Below, one piece after another: positions 18,422-28,928 of a stretch of DNA of 64,000 nt. Each line of letters starts with the position of its first letter. Position 1 is the first letter of the stretch. The DNA is from Candidatus Omnitrophota bacterium (GTDB lineage Bacteria; Omnitrophota; Omnitrophia; Omnitrophales; Aquincolibacteriaceae): NCBI GenBank assembly GCA_003140935.1, contig PLLJ01000039.1, forward strand, positions 76,007 to 140,006, given 5' to 3'. The translations under genes were made by a program, and so were the position numbers. Under the pieces are notes generated by a model, which was not told the origin of the DNA, did not search any database, and worked only from the letters and a program-made list of their open reading frames with translations.

Positions 18422-18578
18422 TACCGCACTCTATTTAAATAGAGGGATGCTGCGGTACAGCCCCTGATTCTCATTTAAGAAAATATTGGAAATCAGTGCT
18501 AGCACCGCAAGGCATTCAATTTAATGGAATGCGGTACAGCACTATTAACCCTTATATTCTAAGGGAGAACAGCGCTAG
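18422..18578. repeat. four-unit palindrome array with CAG/TAG linkers
   Basis: taccgca..tgcggta CAG ..ctgatt..aatcag.. TAG caccgca..tgcggta CAG cact..agcgc TAG. Confidence 0.7.
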
Positions 18579-18735
18579 TCAAAAAGCTCGTCCACCCAGT
18601 GCTTCTCGGCCTTTTTCGCCGTCTTTCGATGATAACTCTTCTTGGAGGGTTTCACGCGCGTCTTGGGGTTGATCGCCCAACCGTGACGGGGCTTGGGCAT
18701 TTTTGAAAGCTTTTTCTTTGGCATCCGGATTTCTC

Positions 18736-19536
18736 CTAAGAAAAGGGCCTGCCGAGATGTCGGAACGGTTTAAGGGCCGCGAGTATTTCCGCGTGAATGA
18801 GACCGTTAGTGACAAGATTCTGTGATCCCGTGAGAGTCAACGGAGATCCTGAGAAATCCGTAAGCTTTCCCCCCGCTTCTTCGACGATCATCATGCCTCC
18901 GGCCTTGTCCCACGGAGAGAGCTTCATTTCATAGTAGCCGTCAAACCGGCCGCAGGCCACGTAACAAAGATCGATCGCCGCCGACCCCCCGCGCCGTATG
19001 CCCTGGATCCGGGTCAGGAAGACGCGGAGCATCCCGAGATAATCGTCCGGGTTCCTGTTGCGGTCGTAGGGAAAGCCGGTCGCGAGGAGGGAATCCGCCA
19101 GCGTCTTTACCTTCGAAACATGGATGCGCTTGCCGTTCAAGGTCGCGCCCCGGCCGCGCTCCGCGAAAAAAAGTTCCTTCCGGAAGGGATCGAAGACGCC
19201 GCCCATCTCGAGCCGGCCGTCCTTTTCGAACCCGATCGACACCGAAACGATCGGAAAGCCGTGCGCGAAGTTCGTCGTGCCGTCGATGGGGTCGATGATC
19301 CACCGGCATCCGGAGCCGGCCACGGCGGGGGATTCTTCGGCCAGGATCGAATGGCCGGGGAAGCGTTTCAGGATCAGCCCGACGATCGCTTTCTCCGAGG
19401 CCTTGTCGATCTCGGTCACGAGATTGAACTCGCCCTTCTTGGTGATCGTCTGCACCTTGCCGAAGTTCGAACGGATGAGCTTTCCGGCCCTGGCAAGCGC
19501 CTCCAAGAGCGTTCTTTTAATTTGAGTGTTCTTCAT
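18736..19536 (-). CDS. suhB: inositol monophosphatase family protein
   Basis: WIIDPIDGTTNF, GSAAIDLCYVACG, WDKAGG. Confidence 0.92.
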   Translation of the reverse strand: MKNTQIKRTLLEALARAGKLIRSNFGKVQTITKKGEFNLVTEIDKASEKAIVGLILKRFPGHSILAEESPAVAGSGCRWIIDPIDGTTNFAHGFPIVSVSIGFEKDGRLEMGGVFDPFRKELFFAERGRGATLNGKRIHVSKVKTLADSLLATGFPYDRNRNPDDYLGMLRVFLTRIQGIRRGGSAAIDLCYVACGRFDGYYEMKLSPWDKAGGMMIVEEAGGKLTDFSGSPLTLTGSQNLVTNGLIHAEILAALKPFRHLGRPFS

Positions 19537-19586
19537 ATAAAATACGGACTCTTTTGGTGAACTAGTCTTTTGGGAAGAAGCATTCT

Positions 19587-19672
19587 AGTCCCAATACCTA
19601 TCAATTTCAACGGAGTTGAAATTGGGGCAATCCTTGTCAACCATTTGGGAAAAGAATAAAAGACAAGGATAG
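19587..19672. repeat. two-unit palindrome array
   Basis: closely similar to 54052-54133; tcccaat..attgggg CAA tccttgtc..gacaagga TAG. Confidence 0.8.
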
Positions 19673-19736
19673 CCGAAGGCGATGGGGACCGCAATGTTCT
19701 CATAGGAAACAAGAACCCTGAACAGCGAGGCCTATT

Positions 19737-20822
19737 ATGAAATCTTATCAAGTGACACTGATCCCCGGCGACGGCGTCGGGCCTGAACTCGCGGAAGTCA
19801 CCCGGGCGTGTCTTGAAGCCACGGGAGTCAAATTCGACTGGGACGTTCAAACCGCGGGGATGGATGTCATGGCGAGCGAAGGCACGCCGCTTCCGGCCCG
19901 CGTGCTGGAATCCATCCGCAAGAACAAGGTCGCCATCAAGGCCCCGCTCACGACTCCCGTCGGCACGGGATTCCGCTCCGTGAACGTGGCGCTCCGTAAG
20001 GAGCTCGATCTTTACGCCTGTCTCCGGCCCTGTAAATCCTACGAAGGCGTCCGTTCCCGCTACAAGAATATCGACCTCGTGATCGTGCGCGAGAACACCG
20101 AAGACCTCTACGCCGGCATCGAATTCCAGAAGGGGGCTCCCGCGACGCTGGAATTGATCGCGAACATCGAAAAACTTTCCAAAATGAAGATCCGCCCGGA
20201 TTCCGGCGTGAGCATCAAGCCGATCTCCGTCACCGGGACCGAGCGCATCGTGAGGTTCGCGTTCGACTACGCGCGGCAGAACAAACGGAAAAAGGTCACG
20301 GCCGTCCACAAGGCCAACATCATGAAATTCTCCGACGGGCTTTTCCTCGAGGTCGCGCGCGAAGTGGCCAAAAAATATCCGGAGATCCCATTCGAGGACC
20401 GTATCGTGGACAACATGTGCATGCAGCTCGTGCAAAAGCCCGAGCTTTACGACGTGCTGGTCCTCCCGAACCTTTACGGCGATATTCTTTCCGATCTTTG
20501 CGCGGGGCTGGTCGGCGGCCTCGGCGTCGCTCCCGGCGCCAACTTCGGAACGAACGGCGCTCTTTTCGAAGCGACCCACGGGTCCGCGCCGAAGTATAAA
20601 GGCCTCAACAAGGTGAATCCCACCGCGATGGTCCTCTCGGGCGTTCTGATGCTCCGGCATCTTGGAGAGACCCAGGCCGCGGCCCGTCTGGAAAAAGCCG
20701 TGGCCGACGTCATTGGCGAAGGCATGAACGTGACTTACGATCTGAAAAAAGACCGGAACGACCCCAACGCGGTGGGGACCCGCGAGATGGGACACGCGAT
20801 CATTAAAAAACTGGGGAAATAA
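19737..20822 (+). CDS. icd: isocitrate dehydrogenase (isocitrate/isopropylmalate DH family)
   Basis: [41 protein letters not shown]; upstream of aconitase. Confidence 0.85.
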   Translation: MKSYQVTLIPGDGVGPELAEVTRACLEATGVKFDWDVQTAGMDVMASEGTPLPARVLESIRKNKVAIKAPLTTPVGTGFRSVNVALRKELDLYACLRPCKSYEGVRSRYKNIDLVIVRENTEDLYAGIEFQKGAPATLELIANIEKLSKMKIRPDSGVSIKPISVTGTERIVRFAFDYARQNKRKKVTAVHKANIMKFSDGLFLEVAREVAKKYPEIPFEDRIVDNMCMQLVQKPELYDVLVLPNLYGDILSDLCAGLVGGLGVAPGANFGTNGALFEATHGSAPKYKGLNKVNPTAMVLSGVLMLRHLGETQAAARLEKAVADVIGEGMNVTYDLKKDRNDPNAVGTREMGHAIIKKLGK

Positions 20823-20824
20823 AA

Positions 20825-20972
20825 GGGACTCGGGACTTGTACCTCGTAAAAAATCCGTAGTTCCAACGAATCCCGCACTGAATTACCAATAAATTTTACA
20901 GTTATTCAGTGCAGCACTGGCTTCCAATAAAGATTTATGGGAAAGCCAGGCGAGGGACGAGTCCCTGGTCCC
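20825..20972. repeat. heptamer inverted pair enclosing a two-unit palindrome array (20876-20952)
   Basis: gggactcgggacttgtacctcg ... cactgaat..attcagtg CAG cactggct..agccagg ... cgagggacgagtccc. Confidence 0.75.
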
Positions 20973-20994
20973 GAAGTTGAAAAGGAGAAAACTG

Positions 20995-21402
20995 ATGCTT
21001 CCCCCTGATTGGAAAGAACCCTACCGAGTGAACATCCACGTGCTCGACGAACAGCATAAAAAGTTCTTCGATATCCTGGCAAATCTTTATGGCGCGGCGG
21101 GGAAGGAGTATGACGCCACATTCCTGGGCATCAGACTCATGGAGCTTTCGGTCTTCATCGGCATGCACTTCGACACGGAAGAGCTCATGATGAGCGAATA
21201 TCATTATCCGGGTTATGAAGAGCATCGGAAAGAACACGAGCTCTTTAGGGAGAAGATCGCGGACTTTCAGGAGGATCTTAAAATGGGGAAGGCAGCACTT
21301 TCCGTGAAAACGGTCTCTGCTTGGACGGAATGGCTCGAGCACCACATTACGAACTTTGACAAGAAATACAGCTCTTTCCTGAACGGAAAAGGGATCCACT
21401 GA
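20995..21402 (+). CDS. bacteriohemerythrin
   Basis: LDEQH, HFDTEE, HRKEH, WLEHHI..D ligand pattern. Confidence 0.9.
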   Translation: MLPPDWKEPYRVNIHVLDEQHKKFFDILANLYGAAGKEYDATFLGIRLMELSVFIGMHFDTEELMMSEYHYPGYEEHRKEHELFREKIADFQEDLKMGKAALSVKTVSAWTEWLEHHITNFDKKYSSFLNGKGIH

Positions 21403-21812
21403 TGCCCCGTCCCGCTTGGCAGGAAAACTTCAGCGTGAACGTCCGGGTGCTCGACGAACAGCATAAAAGGTTCTTCGAGATCCTGGGCAATCTCTATGAC
21501 AGCAAGGGCAGGATCAATGACACCCTGTTCCTGGGAGACAGGGTCTGGGAGCTTTCCATGTACGCCGGCGCGCACTTTGACACGGAAGAACTCATGTTGA
21601 GCGAGTATTCTTTTTCGGGTTACGAAGAGCACAAGAAAGAGCACGAGCTCTTCAAGGAGAAGATCGCCGGCTTCCGGAGCGACCTTGAAATGGGTCAGAC
21701 GACATCGCTGACCCTGGACATGATCGATTTTTTGACGGGCTGGCTCGAGCACCACATCCTGAACGTGGACCAACAATACAGCCTCTTTCTGAACGGAAAA
21801 GGGATCCGCTGA
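21402..21812 (+). CDS. bacteriohemerythrin (tandem paralog)
   Basis: same ligand pattern; TGATG overlap on both sides. Confidence 0.9.
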   Translation: MPRPAWQENFSVNVRVLDEQHKRFFEILGNLYDSKGRINDTLFLGDRVWELSMYAGAHFDTEELMLSEYSFSGYEEHKKEHELFKEKIAGFRSDLEMGQTTSLTLDMIDFLTGWLEHHILNVDQQYSLFLNGKGIR

Positions 21813-24511
21813 TGAGCCTTCTCAACAGTTTCGGCAGCAAGGTGACGCTCAAGATCGCGGGCAAGGACTTCACGATCTACCGCCTGCGCGCGCTCCAGGA
21901 ATGCGGCGTCGCCAAGGTCCTGCGCCTGCCTTATTCCATCCGCGTGCTGGTCGAGAACCTGCTCCGTAACGAAGACGGCAAGAGCGTGACGCGCAAGGAC
22001 ATCGAGCGGCTCGCGACCTGGGACCCGAAGCGCAAGGGCGAGCACGAGATCGCCTTCACGCCCGCCCGCGTCCTGCTGCAGGATTTCACCGGCGTCCCGG
22101 CGGTCGTCGACCTCGCGGCGATGCGCGAGGCGATGGTCAAGATGGGCGGCGACCCCAAGAAGATCAACCCGCTCCAGCCCGTGGACCTCGTGATCGACCA
22201 TTCCGTGCAGACGGATTTTTACGGGACCCCCGAGGCTTTCGCGAAAAATATCGGCAAAGAATTCGAACGCAACCGGGAACGCTACCAGTTCCTCAAATGG
22301 GGCCAGCAGGCCTTCCGCAATTTCCGCGTCGTGCCGCCCGCGACCGGGATCATCCACCAGGTGAACCTCGAATACCTTTCTCCCGTGATCTTCAGCCGGA
22401 AAGACGGCGCGAAAACTTTTCTTTATCCGGACACGCTCGTGGGCACCGATTCGCACACCACCATGATCAACGGTCTCGGAGTGCTGGGCTGGGGCGTCGG
22501 CGGGATCGAGGCCGAGGCCGCGATGCTCGGCCAGCCGGTCTCCATGTTGATCCCCGAAGTGGTGGGCGTAAAATTCACGGGGAAATTATCCGGAGGCGTG
22601 ACGGCGACCGATCTCGTGCTGACCGTCACGCAAAGGCTACGCAAAAAAGGCGTGGTCGGCAAGATCGTGGAATTTTTCGGGCCCGGCGTGAACGACCTCC
22701 CGCTCCCGGACCGTGCGGTGATCGCCAATATGGCGCCCGAGTACGGCGCCACGGCCGGATTTTTTCCGGCGGACCCGGAAACGCTCCGGTTCCTCAGGCT
22801 GACCGGACGGAGCGAAGAACAGATCAACCTCGCCGAGACCTATTTGAGGGCCCAAAGCCTTTTCCGCGAAGGCGAGGACGGCAAGATCGTTTATTCCGAC
22901 ACGCTGGAACTCGACCTCGCGAGCGTGGTGCCCAGTCTCGCCGGTCCCAAACGTCCGCAGGACCGCGTCACGCTGGGGGAAGTGAAAGGTTCTTTTAAGA
23001 AGGCGCTCGCGGAGACGGTGAAAAGCAAGGCCGGTCTCGCGAAAAAAGCGGCGCTCTTGATCGACGGGGAAAAATGCGAGCTCGCACAGGGCGCGGTCGT
23101 GATCGCCTCCATCACGAGCTGCACCAACACCTCCTGCCCGTCGGTGATGCTGGCGGCCGGGATCCTCGCGAAAAAAGCGATCTCAAAAGGACTGACCGTG
23201 AAGCCCTGGGTGAAGACCAGCCTCGCGCCGGGTTCCCAGGTCGTCACCGATTACCTCGCGGCGAGCGGGCTTCTTTCCTGCCTCGAAGTGCTGAAATTCA
23301 ATTCCGTGGGCTACGGCTGCATGACCTGCATCGGAAATTCGGGGCCGCTCCCGGGACCTGTCTCCAAGGCGATCAAGGAAAAAGACCTGATCGTGGCGTC
23401 GGTGCTTTCAGGAAATAGGAATTTCGAAGGGCGCATCCACGCGCAGGTCCGCGCGAACTACCTCGCGTCGCCGCCGCTTGTGGTGGCTTACGCGATCGCG
23501 GGGACGGTCTTGATCGACCTTGAAAAAGATCCTCTGGGGCCAGGGAAGAACGGCAAGCCCGTTTATCTCAAGGATATTTGGCCAAGTCCGGCGGAGATCC
23601 GGGAAGCGATGAAAAGCGTGGACCCGGCAATGTTCCGGAAACGCTACCACAATGTCTTCGAAGGGAACGAGGCCTGGCGGTCCTTGAGCGCTCCCGCGGG
23701 CGACACCTTTGTCTGGGACAAAAAGTCCGCTTACGTGAAGTCCCCGCCTTATTTCAAAAAAATGCCGTCCTTGCCGCCCGATCTGAAGAACATCAAGAAC
23801 GCGCGCGTCCTGGCCGTGCTCGGCGATTCGATCACGACCGACCACATTTCTCCCGCCGGGGCCATCGCCCCGTCGAGTCCCGCCGGAAAATACCTGATGG
23901 AGCAGGGGATCGGGCCTCAGGATTTCAACTCTTACGGTTCACGCCGCGGCAATCACGAAGTCATGATGCGCGGCACGTTCGCCAACCTCCGCCTGAAAAA
24001 TCTGCTCGTGCCGGGCGTGGAAGGCGGGATGACGAAATATTTCCCCCCGCCGGAGACGAAAGGACCGGGCATCGCGATGCCGGTCTTTGACGCGGCCATG
24101 AAATACGCCGAAGAGGGCCGGCCGCTCGTGATCCTGGCGGGGAAAGAGTACGGCTGCGGGTCTTCGCGCGACTGGGCGGCCAAAGGCCCCGCGCTTCTGG
24201 GCGTCCGCGCCGTGATCGCGGAAAGCTACGAGAGGATCCACCGGAGCAACTTGATCGGGATGGGCATCCTGCCGCTTCAATTCTTCCAGGGCCAGAACGC
24301 CGCCTCGTTCAAACTGACCGGCGAAGAGGTCTATACTATAGAAGGGATCGCCAAGGGGCTGAAGCCGGGCAAGATCCTCACGGTCAAGGTTTCCGGCGCC
24401 GGAAAAAGCAAAACCTTTGAAGCGGTGTGCCGCATCGATACTCCGATCGAGATCGAATACTACCGTCATGGCGGTATCCTGCAGTACGTTCTGAGGCAGC
24501 TCTTGAAATAA
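21812..24511 (+). CDS. acnA: aconitate hydratase A
   Basis: LQDFTGVPA, GTDSHT, SITSCTNTS, GCMTCIGNSG, GSSRDWAAKG. Confidence 0.97.
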   Translation: MSLLNSFGSKVTLKIAGKDFTIYRLRALQECGVAKVLRLPYSIRVLVENLLRNEDGKSVTRKDIERLATWDPKRKGEHEIAFTPARVLLQDFTGVPAVVDLAAMREAMVKMGGDPKKINPLQPVDLVIDHSVQTDFYGTPEAFAKNIGKEFERNRERYQFLKWGQQAFRNFRVVPPATGIIHQVNLEYLSPVIFSRKDGAKTFLYPDTLVGTDSHTTMINGLGVLGWGVGGIEAEAAMLGQPVSMLIPEVVGVKFTGKLSGGVTATDLVLTVTQRLRKKGVVGKIVEFFGPGVNDLPLPDRAVIANMAPEYGATAGFFPADPETLRFLRLTGRSEEQINLAETYLRAQSLFREGEDGKIVYSDTLELDLASVVPSLAGPKRPQDRVTLGEVKGSFKKALAETVKSKAGLAKKAALLIDGEKCELAQGAVVIASITSCTNTSCPSVMLAAGILAKKAISKGLTVKPWVKTSLAPGSQVVTDYLAASGLLSCLEVLKFNSVGYGCMTCIGNSGPLPGPVSKAIKEKDLIVASVLSGNRNFEGRIHAQVRANYLASPPLVVAYAIAGTVLIDLEKDPLGPGKNGKPVYLKDIWPSPAEIREAMKSVDPAMFRKRYHNVFEGNEAWRSLSAPAGDTFVWDKKSAYVKSPPYFKKMPSLPPDLKNIKNARVLAVLGDSITTDHISPAGAIAPSSPAGKYLMEQGIGPQDFNSYGSRRGNHEVMMRGTFANLRLKNLLVPGVEGGMTKYFPPPETKGPGIAMPVFDAAMKYAEEGRPLVILAGKEYGCGSSRDWAAKGPALLGVRAVIAESYERIHRSNLIGMGILPLQFFQGQNAASFKLTGEEVYTIEGIAKGLKPGKILTVKVSGAGKSKTFEAVCRIDTPIEIEYYRHGGILQYVLRQLLK

Positions 24512-24597
24512 AGAAGCGGGACTCGGGACACGGGACTCGTGGCTCCTGGCCCGCAGTTTGTGGAACGCGTCCCTGGTTCGCAAAAGGAGGCCCCGAC

Positions 24598-25668
24598 TTG
24601 CCCCCGATAGAACAAAAAGAAAGATTTCTTTGGGCCGACGTGCTCCGCGTGATGGCCATCGCCGCGGTGGTGATCGTGCACGTCGCCGCCGATATCATCA
24701 CGGAGTGGCGTTCCGTGCCGCGGGGTGCGTGGTGGGCCGCGAACCTCTACGATTCCCTGGCGCGAGGTGCCGTCCCTATTTTTGTGATGCTCTCCGGCGC
24801 CCTTCTCCTTCCCCAGGCCGAAAGCTTCCGGGATTTTTTCAAGAAGCGCCTCCGGAGAATCCTCGTTCCCTTCATCGCCTGGACCGCTTTTTACCTCCTG
24901 TGGCAAAAATTCTTTTACGAGCCGTCCCTGGGATTCCAAGAAGCGGTACGGCGCGCCGCCTGCGGGGAAGTGCATTTCCATTTATGGTTCCTTTATCTCA
25001 TCACCGGGCTTTATCTCCTGGTCCCGTTCCTCAGGGTCTTCACCGCGCACGCCACACGGCGGGGGCTGTTTTATTTTCTGGGGCTCTGTTTTTTTGTCGC
25101 CTCGCTCGTTCCTTTCTGGGAGAACCTGGACGCCCTTTTTTTCCACACGGGCCTCCGGTTCCGGATCCCCCTGGAAGCGGCCCAGGGTTTTACCGGCTAT
25201 TTCCTTCTGGGTTTCGTGCTCCTGAGAGGATCGAAGCCCTCTTTTTTACCGGTGGCCGACCTCGTGCGGCTCGGGACTTTCCTCGTTTGTTTTTTCGGGT
25301 CTGGGTGGGTGGTCTTTCATGCCGGCCGGTTCCCGGCCCTGTTCTATGACAACCTGGCGCCGAACGTCGTCCTCTACGCCGCGAGTTGTTTTATGATCAT
25401 CAAAGAAACCGTGACGCGGCTCGAACCCAAGTGGAACGCGGGCGTGAAGCGGGCCTTCGGCGGTCTTTCGGCGGCCAGTTTCGGGATCTATCTGGTCCAT
25501 CCCGTGTTCATCGATATCTTCAACCACGGACGGCTGGGTTTTACGCTGACCGCCCAAATGGGGCACCCCGCCTGGTCCATCCCCGTGACGGCGCTTGCCA
25601 TTTATGCCTGTTCTTATCTTACCGTGCTCGCGATCCGGAAGGTCCCGCTCTTGAGGGCCACCGTATGA
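24598..25668 (+). CDS. acyltransferase 3 family membrane O-acetyltransferase
   Basis: DVLRVMAI..VIVH, AVPIFVMLSGALL, HLWFLY, SFGIYLVHP; AAGGAGG before TTG. Confidence 0.85.
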   Translation: MPPIEQKERFLWADVLRVMAIAAVVIVHVAADIITEWRSVPRGAWWAANLYDSLARGAVPIFVMLSGALLLPQAESFRDFFKKRLRRILVPFIAWTAFYLLWQKFFYEPSLGFQEAVRRAACGEVHFHLWFLYLITGLYLLVPFLRVFTAHATRRGLFYFLGLCFFVASLVPFWENLDALFFHTGLRFRIPLEAAQGFTGYFLLGFVLLRGSKPSFLPVADLVRLGTFLVCFFGSGWVVFHAGRFPALFYDNLAPNVVLYAASCFMIIKETVTRLEPKWNAGVKRAFGGLSAASFGIYLVHPVFIDIFNHGRLGFTLTAQMGHPAWSIPVTALAIYACSYLTVLAIRKVPLLRATV

Positions 25669-25670
25669 AT

Positions 25671-25779
25671 CGAGTCCCGAGTCTCGCACTGGACCTCCCG
25701 ATAAAAATAAAAGGTTGTCGAGTGCTGCACTGGCTTCCAATAGAAATTTCAATGAGAGCCAAGCGAGTCCCGTGACCCG
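25671..25779. repeat. two-unit palindrome array (25687-25765) embedded in GAGTCCC heptamers
   Basis: homologous to 20876-20952 and, inverted, to 39018-39097. Confidence 0.8.
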
Positions 25780-25801
25780 CTTTTCATAAGGAGGTCTATT
25801 C

Positions 25802-26959
25802 ATGTGCCCGGGTAACATGCTGGCTTTCGGGATGATGGCGGTCGTGATCGCCGTGGCGCTTGTGTCGCTCTTTTCCTACGTTGCGTCCGAAAAAAAATTC
25901 CGGGAAACACTGACGCTCGTCATGAGCGATCCGGAACTCCGGTGGAACGAGAAAGAACACAGGTTTCAATACAAGGACCTGGACTTCTTCTACAGAAAGT
26001 TTTCCGGGTCGCGCAACAGGCCGCCGTACTTTTCGGTTTCCGTGGTGTGTCAGGGGACGGGCGGGGGATTTGGGATCTCGAAAGAGGGCGGGGTGGAGCG
26101 TTTTTTCAAAGGGGTCGGCGTGACCCGTGAAGTCCAGACGCCGGAGGAGGAGTTCAACCGCAGGTTTTTTATCGCCTCCGACACGCCCCAATTCGCGCAG
26201 GACTATTTTGTGTCCGCGGAAAAACGGGAGGCGATGAGACAGCTTTTCGATGGGAAAGCCTCGACGGTCACGTATGGCGACCAGCGCGTGACGGTCACCT
26301 GGAAAGGGAGTTCCGCGCACACCGACGGCATCGCGGCGATCAAAAGCACTGCCGGGGCGCTGGCGGTCCTCGCCAAAGACATCCCTGCTTGCCCTGACCC
26401 TGCCTCTTCCGCCGGAACAGAAAGCGGCGTCTCTTCCAACCGCGTTTGGATGACCGGCCTCGCCGCGGGGTCCCTGGTGGCGGGCCTTGTCAGCGTGGTC
26501 TGGACTTCGGCGGGCTATCCCGTTTATGACGCTTGGCAGCTCTTCCTTTTTTCTTTGAAATTTTCCCTGCCGGCCCTGGCCGTTTTTTTATATTTCGCGG
26601 TCCTGACCCTGGCCGGGACTTCAAGGTCGCACAAGGACATTCTGCGGACCGGCTTTCTCGCGCTCGCGGGATTTCTGATGCTCGGGTGCGGTCTCACGGG
26701 CCTTTATAACGGCATGAAGGACACCTCACCGCCGGCGGGCCACACGGTGAGCATTCTGGACAAGCGGATCTACAAGTCCAAAAATTCCAGGACCTACAAG
26801 CTGATCGTCCAGTCCTGGAGACCGGGAAACGCCATTGAAGATCTTCCGACGAACCGGGGGACCTTTCAGCGGGTCGTCCCTGGAAAACACAAGGTGGTGG
26901 TCTACACCCGGCCCGGCAAACTCGGCTTTGAATGGTTCGTGACGTACCGGCTGTTGTAG
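25802..26959 (+). CDS. membrane hypothetical protein
   Basis: N-terminal TM, soluble domain, three further TMs; AGGAGG RBS. Confidence 0.7.
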   Translation: MCPGNMLAFGMMAVVIAVALVSLFSYVASEKKFRETLTLVMSDPELRWNEKEHRFQYKDLDFFYRKFSGSRNRPPYFSVSVVCQGTGGGFGISKEGGVERFFKGVGVTREVQTPEEEFNRRFFIASDTPQFAQDYFVSAEKREAMRQLFDGKASTVTYGDQRVTVTWKGSSAHTDGIAAIKSTAGALAVLAKDIPACPDPASSAGTESGVSSNRVWMTGLAAGSLVAGLVSVVWTSAGYPVYDAWQLFLFSLKFSLPALAVFLYFAVLTLAGTSRSHKDILRTGFLALAGFLMLGCGLTGLYNGMKDTSPPAGHTVSILDKRIYKSKNSRTYKLIVQSWRPGNAIEDLPTNRGTFQRVVPGKHKVVVYTRPGKLGFEWFVTYRLL

Positions 26960-26987
26960 CCCTGAGAAGCGGGCCGGGACTCGGGAC

Positions 26988-27028
26988 ACGGGTAACGCAA
27001 GCGTTCCACGTTCCCCGAAAAAAAGGAG
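26988..27028 (+). repeat. 41-bp direct repeat, copy 1 (copy 2 at 38563-38603)
   Basis: acgggtaacgcaagcgttccacgttcc[c/a]cgaaaaaaaggag, one mismatch. Confidence 0.9.
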
Positions 27029-27034
27029 GAACTT

Positions 27035-27256
27035 ATGAAGAGGCAGAACTTCAGGAACGTTTTTTTTAAAGGGTTGCGTTGGATGGTCCCTTGGCTGGTC
27101 CTTGCGGGCTGTGCGCATTCGCAGGATCAGGTCGCTTTAACTCCTGAAAAGAAAACCGAGGCGCAGACTATCGAGAGGGCCCAGTCGGACGATCGTCTGA
27201 CCCCTATGGAATCGGACCTTCAAAAAGACGCGCTCAGGCACCATATCAATTTTTAA
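27035..27256 (+). CDS. small lipoprotein
   Basis: LAGC lipobox; RBS. Confidence 0.65.
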   Translation: MKRQNFRNVFFKGLRWMVPWLVLAGCAHSQDQVALTPEKKTEAQTIERAQSDDRLTPMESDLQKDALRHHINF

Positions 27257-27269
27257 AAGAGGTTCTAGG

Positions 27270-27470
27270 ATGCGAATGATCCTGTTGGCAGTATGGGCTT
27301 TGACATTAAGCGGTTGTTGCGGTTCTCAAACGTCTGCGGACTTGCAGATGAGCCAGGACCAGGCAAAATTAACACGGATGTACCGGGAATGCATTGAGAA
27401 AAATCTGGGTAACGGGGAGGCCATGACGAAGAATTGTGAGCCGATCCTTGGCCCTTATGCCTCTCATTAG
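27270..27470 (+). CDS. small lipoprotein
   Basis: LSGC lipobox; C-terminal Cys pair. Confidence 0.6.
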   Translation: MRMILLAVWALTLSGCCGSQTSADLQMSQDQAKLTRMYRECIEKNLGNGEAMTKNCEPILGPYASH

Positions 27471-27500
27471 AGGCGCGGTTCACATAAGCGTGCGGAAGCC

Positions 27501-27851
27501 ATGATGAAAAAAGTCTTTTTTGGGATCTTGCTGATGTCCGGACTTATTTCTTTTGCTTTCGCGAGCATGGCTCCGGACAAGACGGATGATCCGGAGATGT
27601 CTCCGCCGTCGCAGAAAGAAATGCATAGCGTTCCTTCCGAAGAGGCGATCAATGCTTGCTCCGGAAAAGAGGAGGGGGCTACCTGTCATGTGGGTTGGGG
27701 AAGGGGAGGTGTTTGCCATTCTACTTCCGATAAGAAGTATTTTTCCTGCACGGCCAATAATACGTCTTCCGGCAGCAAGAATGATCCGGACGATTCCGGC
27801 AAGGAAAACGGAGTGACGGACCAGGACGGTCTCACCAAGGTTTCTTTTTGA
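27501..27851 (+). CDS. secreted Cys-rich hypothetical protein
   Basis: signal peptide; EAINACSGKEEGATC...GVC...C. Confidence 0.65.
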   Translation: MMKKVFFGILLMSGLISFAFASMAPDKTDDPEMSPPSQKEMHSVPSEEAINACSGKEEGATCHVGWGRGGVCHSTSDKKYFSCTANNTSSGSKNDPDDSGKENGVTDQDGLTKVSF

Positions 27852-27920
27852 TCGAAGGTCATCTCTTGCGTAAAGTGCGTCATTTTTGATAAATCCAGGT
27901 GAAAGGGTTTAAGGTTAAAA

Positions 27921-28697
27921 ATGTTTAAAGCCAAAATGCTGACAATTCTCGGTGTGTTTTTTTTATTTTTCATAATAAAAGTTTATGCCGATACGATTTA
28001 TCTTAAAAATGGTAATAGCCTGGAAGGGTTAGTAAGCAAAGAAGAAAAAGATAACGTTGAAGTAAACGTCGGCAATGGCGCGGTTGTTCTTAAGGCGAAT
28101 GAGATAGAGCGGATAGATCGGTCAACCCCCCAGGAGGTTGTTGAAATCAAAAAAAGCTGGGAAATAAACAAAGGCCAGAGTGAAAAGACAAAAGCCCAGG
28201 ATAGGGCGGAAAAGGAAAGAGCGTCGGAAAAATGGAACGCCATGGTAAAAGAAGAAATAAGCCGGGGAGAAGAAAGGCGCGATATCGATGCTAATACCAA
28301 GATCGTTCAAGCCGCTTCAGACAAGAAGGGGCACCTTTTTGTAAATGCCGTTGTGAATGAAGATGTCCATGCTTCGCTTATTGTAGATACGGGTTGCCCG
28401 GTCGTGCTTTTGACGGCCAGTATGGGCCGGAAGTTAGGCATTGATCTTGAGAATATTTCTGATGTGTACGAAGTCATGGTTTTAGATGGTAAGCATAAAG
28501 TGCGGGGAGTTTTATTAAAGAGCGTGAAATTAGGAGATCTGGAAGAAAAAAACATAAGAGCAGAAGTACTGCTTGAGGACAGCCAAGAAATCAAACACGG
28601 CCTTAAAGACGGCCTGCTGGGAATGTCGTTCTTAAAAAGATTTGATGTGACATTAGATCAGAAGAAAATGAAATTGTTTTTTAAACCCCATCCATAA
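27921..28697 (+). CDS. secreted retropepsin-like aspartyl protease
   Basis: DTIYLKNG N-terminal domain, LIVDTG, GLLGMSFL. Confidence 0.85.
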   Translation: MFKAKMLTILGVFFLFFIIKVYADTIYLKNGNSLEGLVSKEEKDNVEVNVGNGAVVLKANEIERIDRSTPQEVVEIKKSWEINKGQSEKTKAQDRAEKERASEKWNAMVKEEISRGEERRDIDANTKIVQAASDKKGHLFVNAVVNEDVHASLIVDTGCPVVLLTASMGRKLGIDLENISDVYEVMVLDGKHKVRGVLLKSVKLGDLEEKNIRAEVLLEDSQEIKHGLKDGLLGMSFLKRFDVTLDQKKMKLFFKPHP

Positions 28698-28928
28698 AAG
28701 TTCTTAGGAGCCTGCGCTCTTAGGGAATAAGAATAAGCTAACTTGCATGTGATAGGGTAATAAGGAAGCCGGAAAACAGGCACACCTTAATAACAACGTT
28801 TTTTGTAGTACTGACTTCAAAAACGGCATTCGGCTAAATAAAAGTTTTCTGGTCTGGAGGAGAGACCGGGCGTATACTTCCATCGATCAAGCACCCAACA
28901 GGGTAACATCGTCTTGATTTTTGTATCA

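Noticed and set aside
8535-20795. Long antisense ORFs such as 8535-9701, 10466-11485, 12516-13721 and 19533-20795
   Set aside because: Shadows of well-supported GC-rich genes on the opposite strand, with no recognisable motifs.
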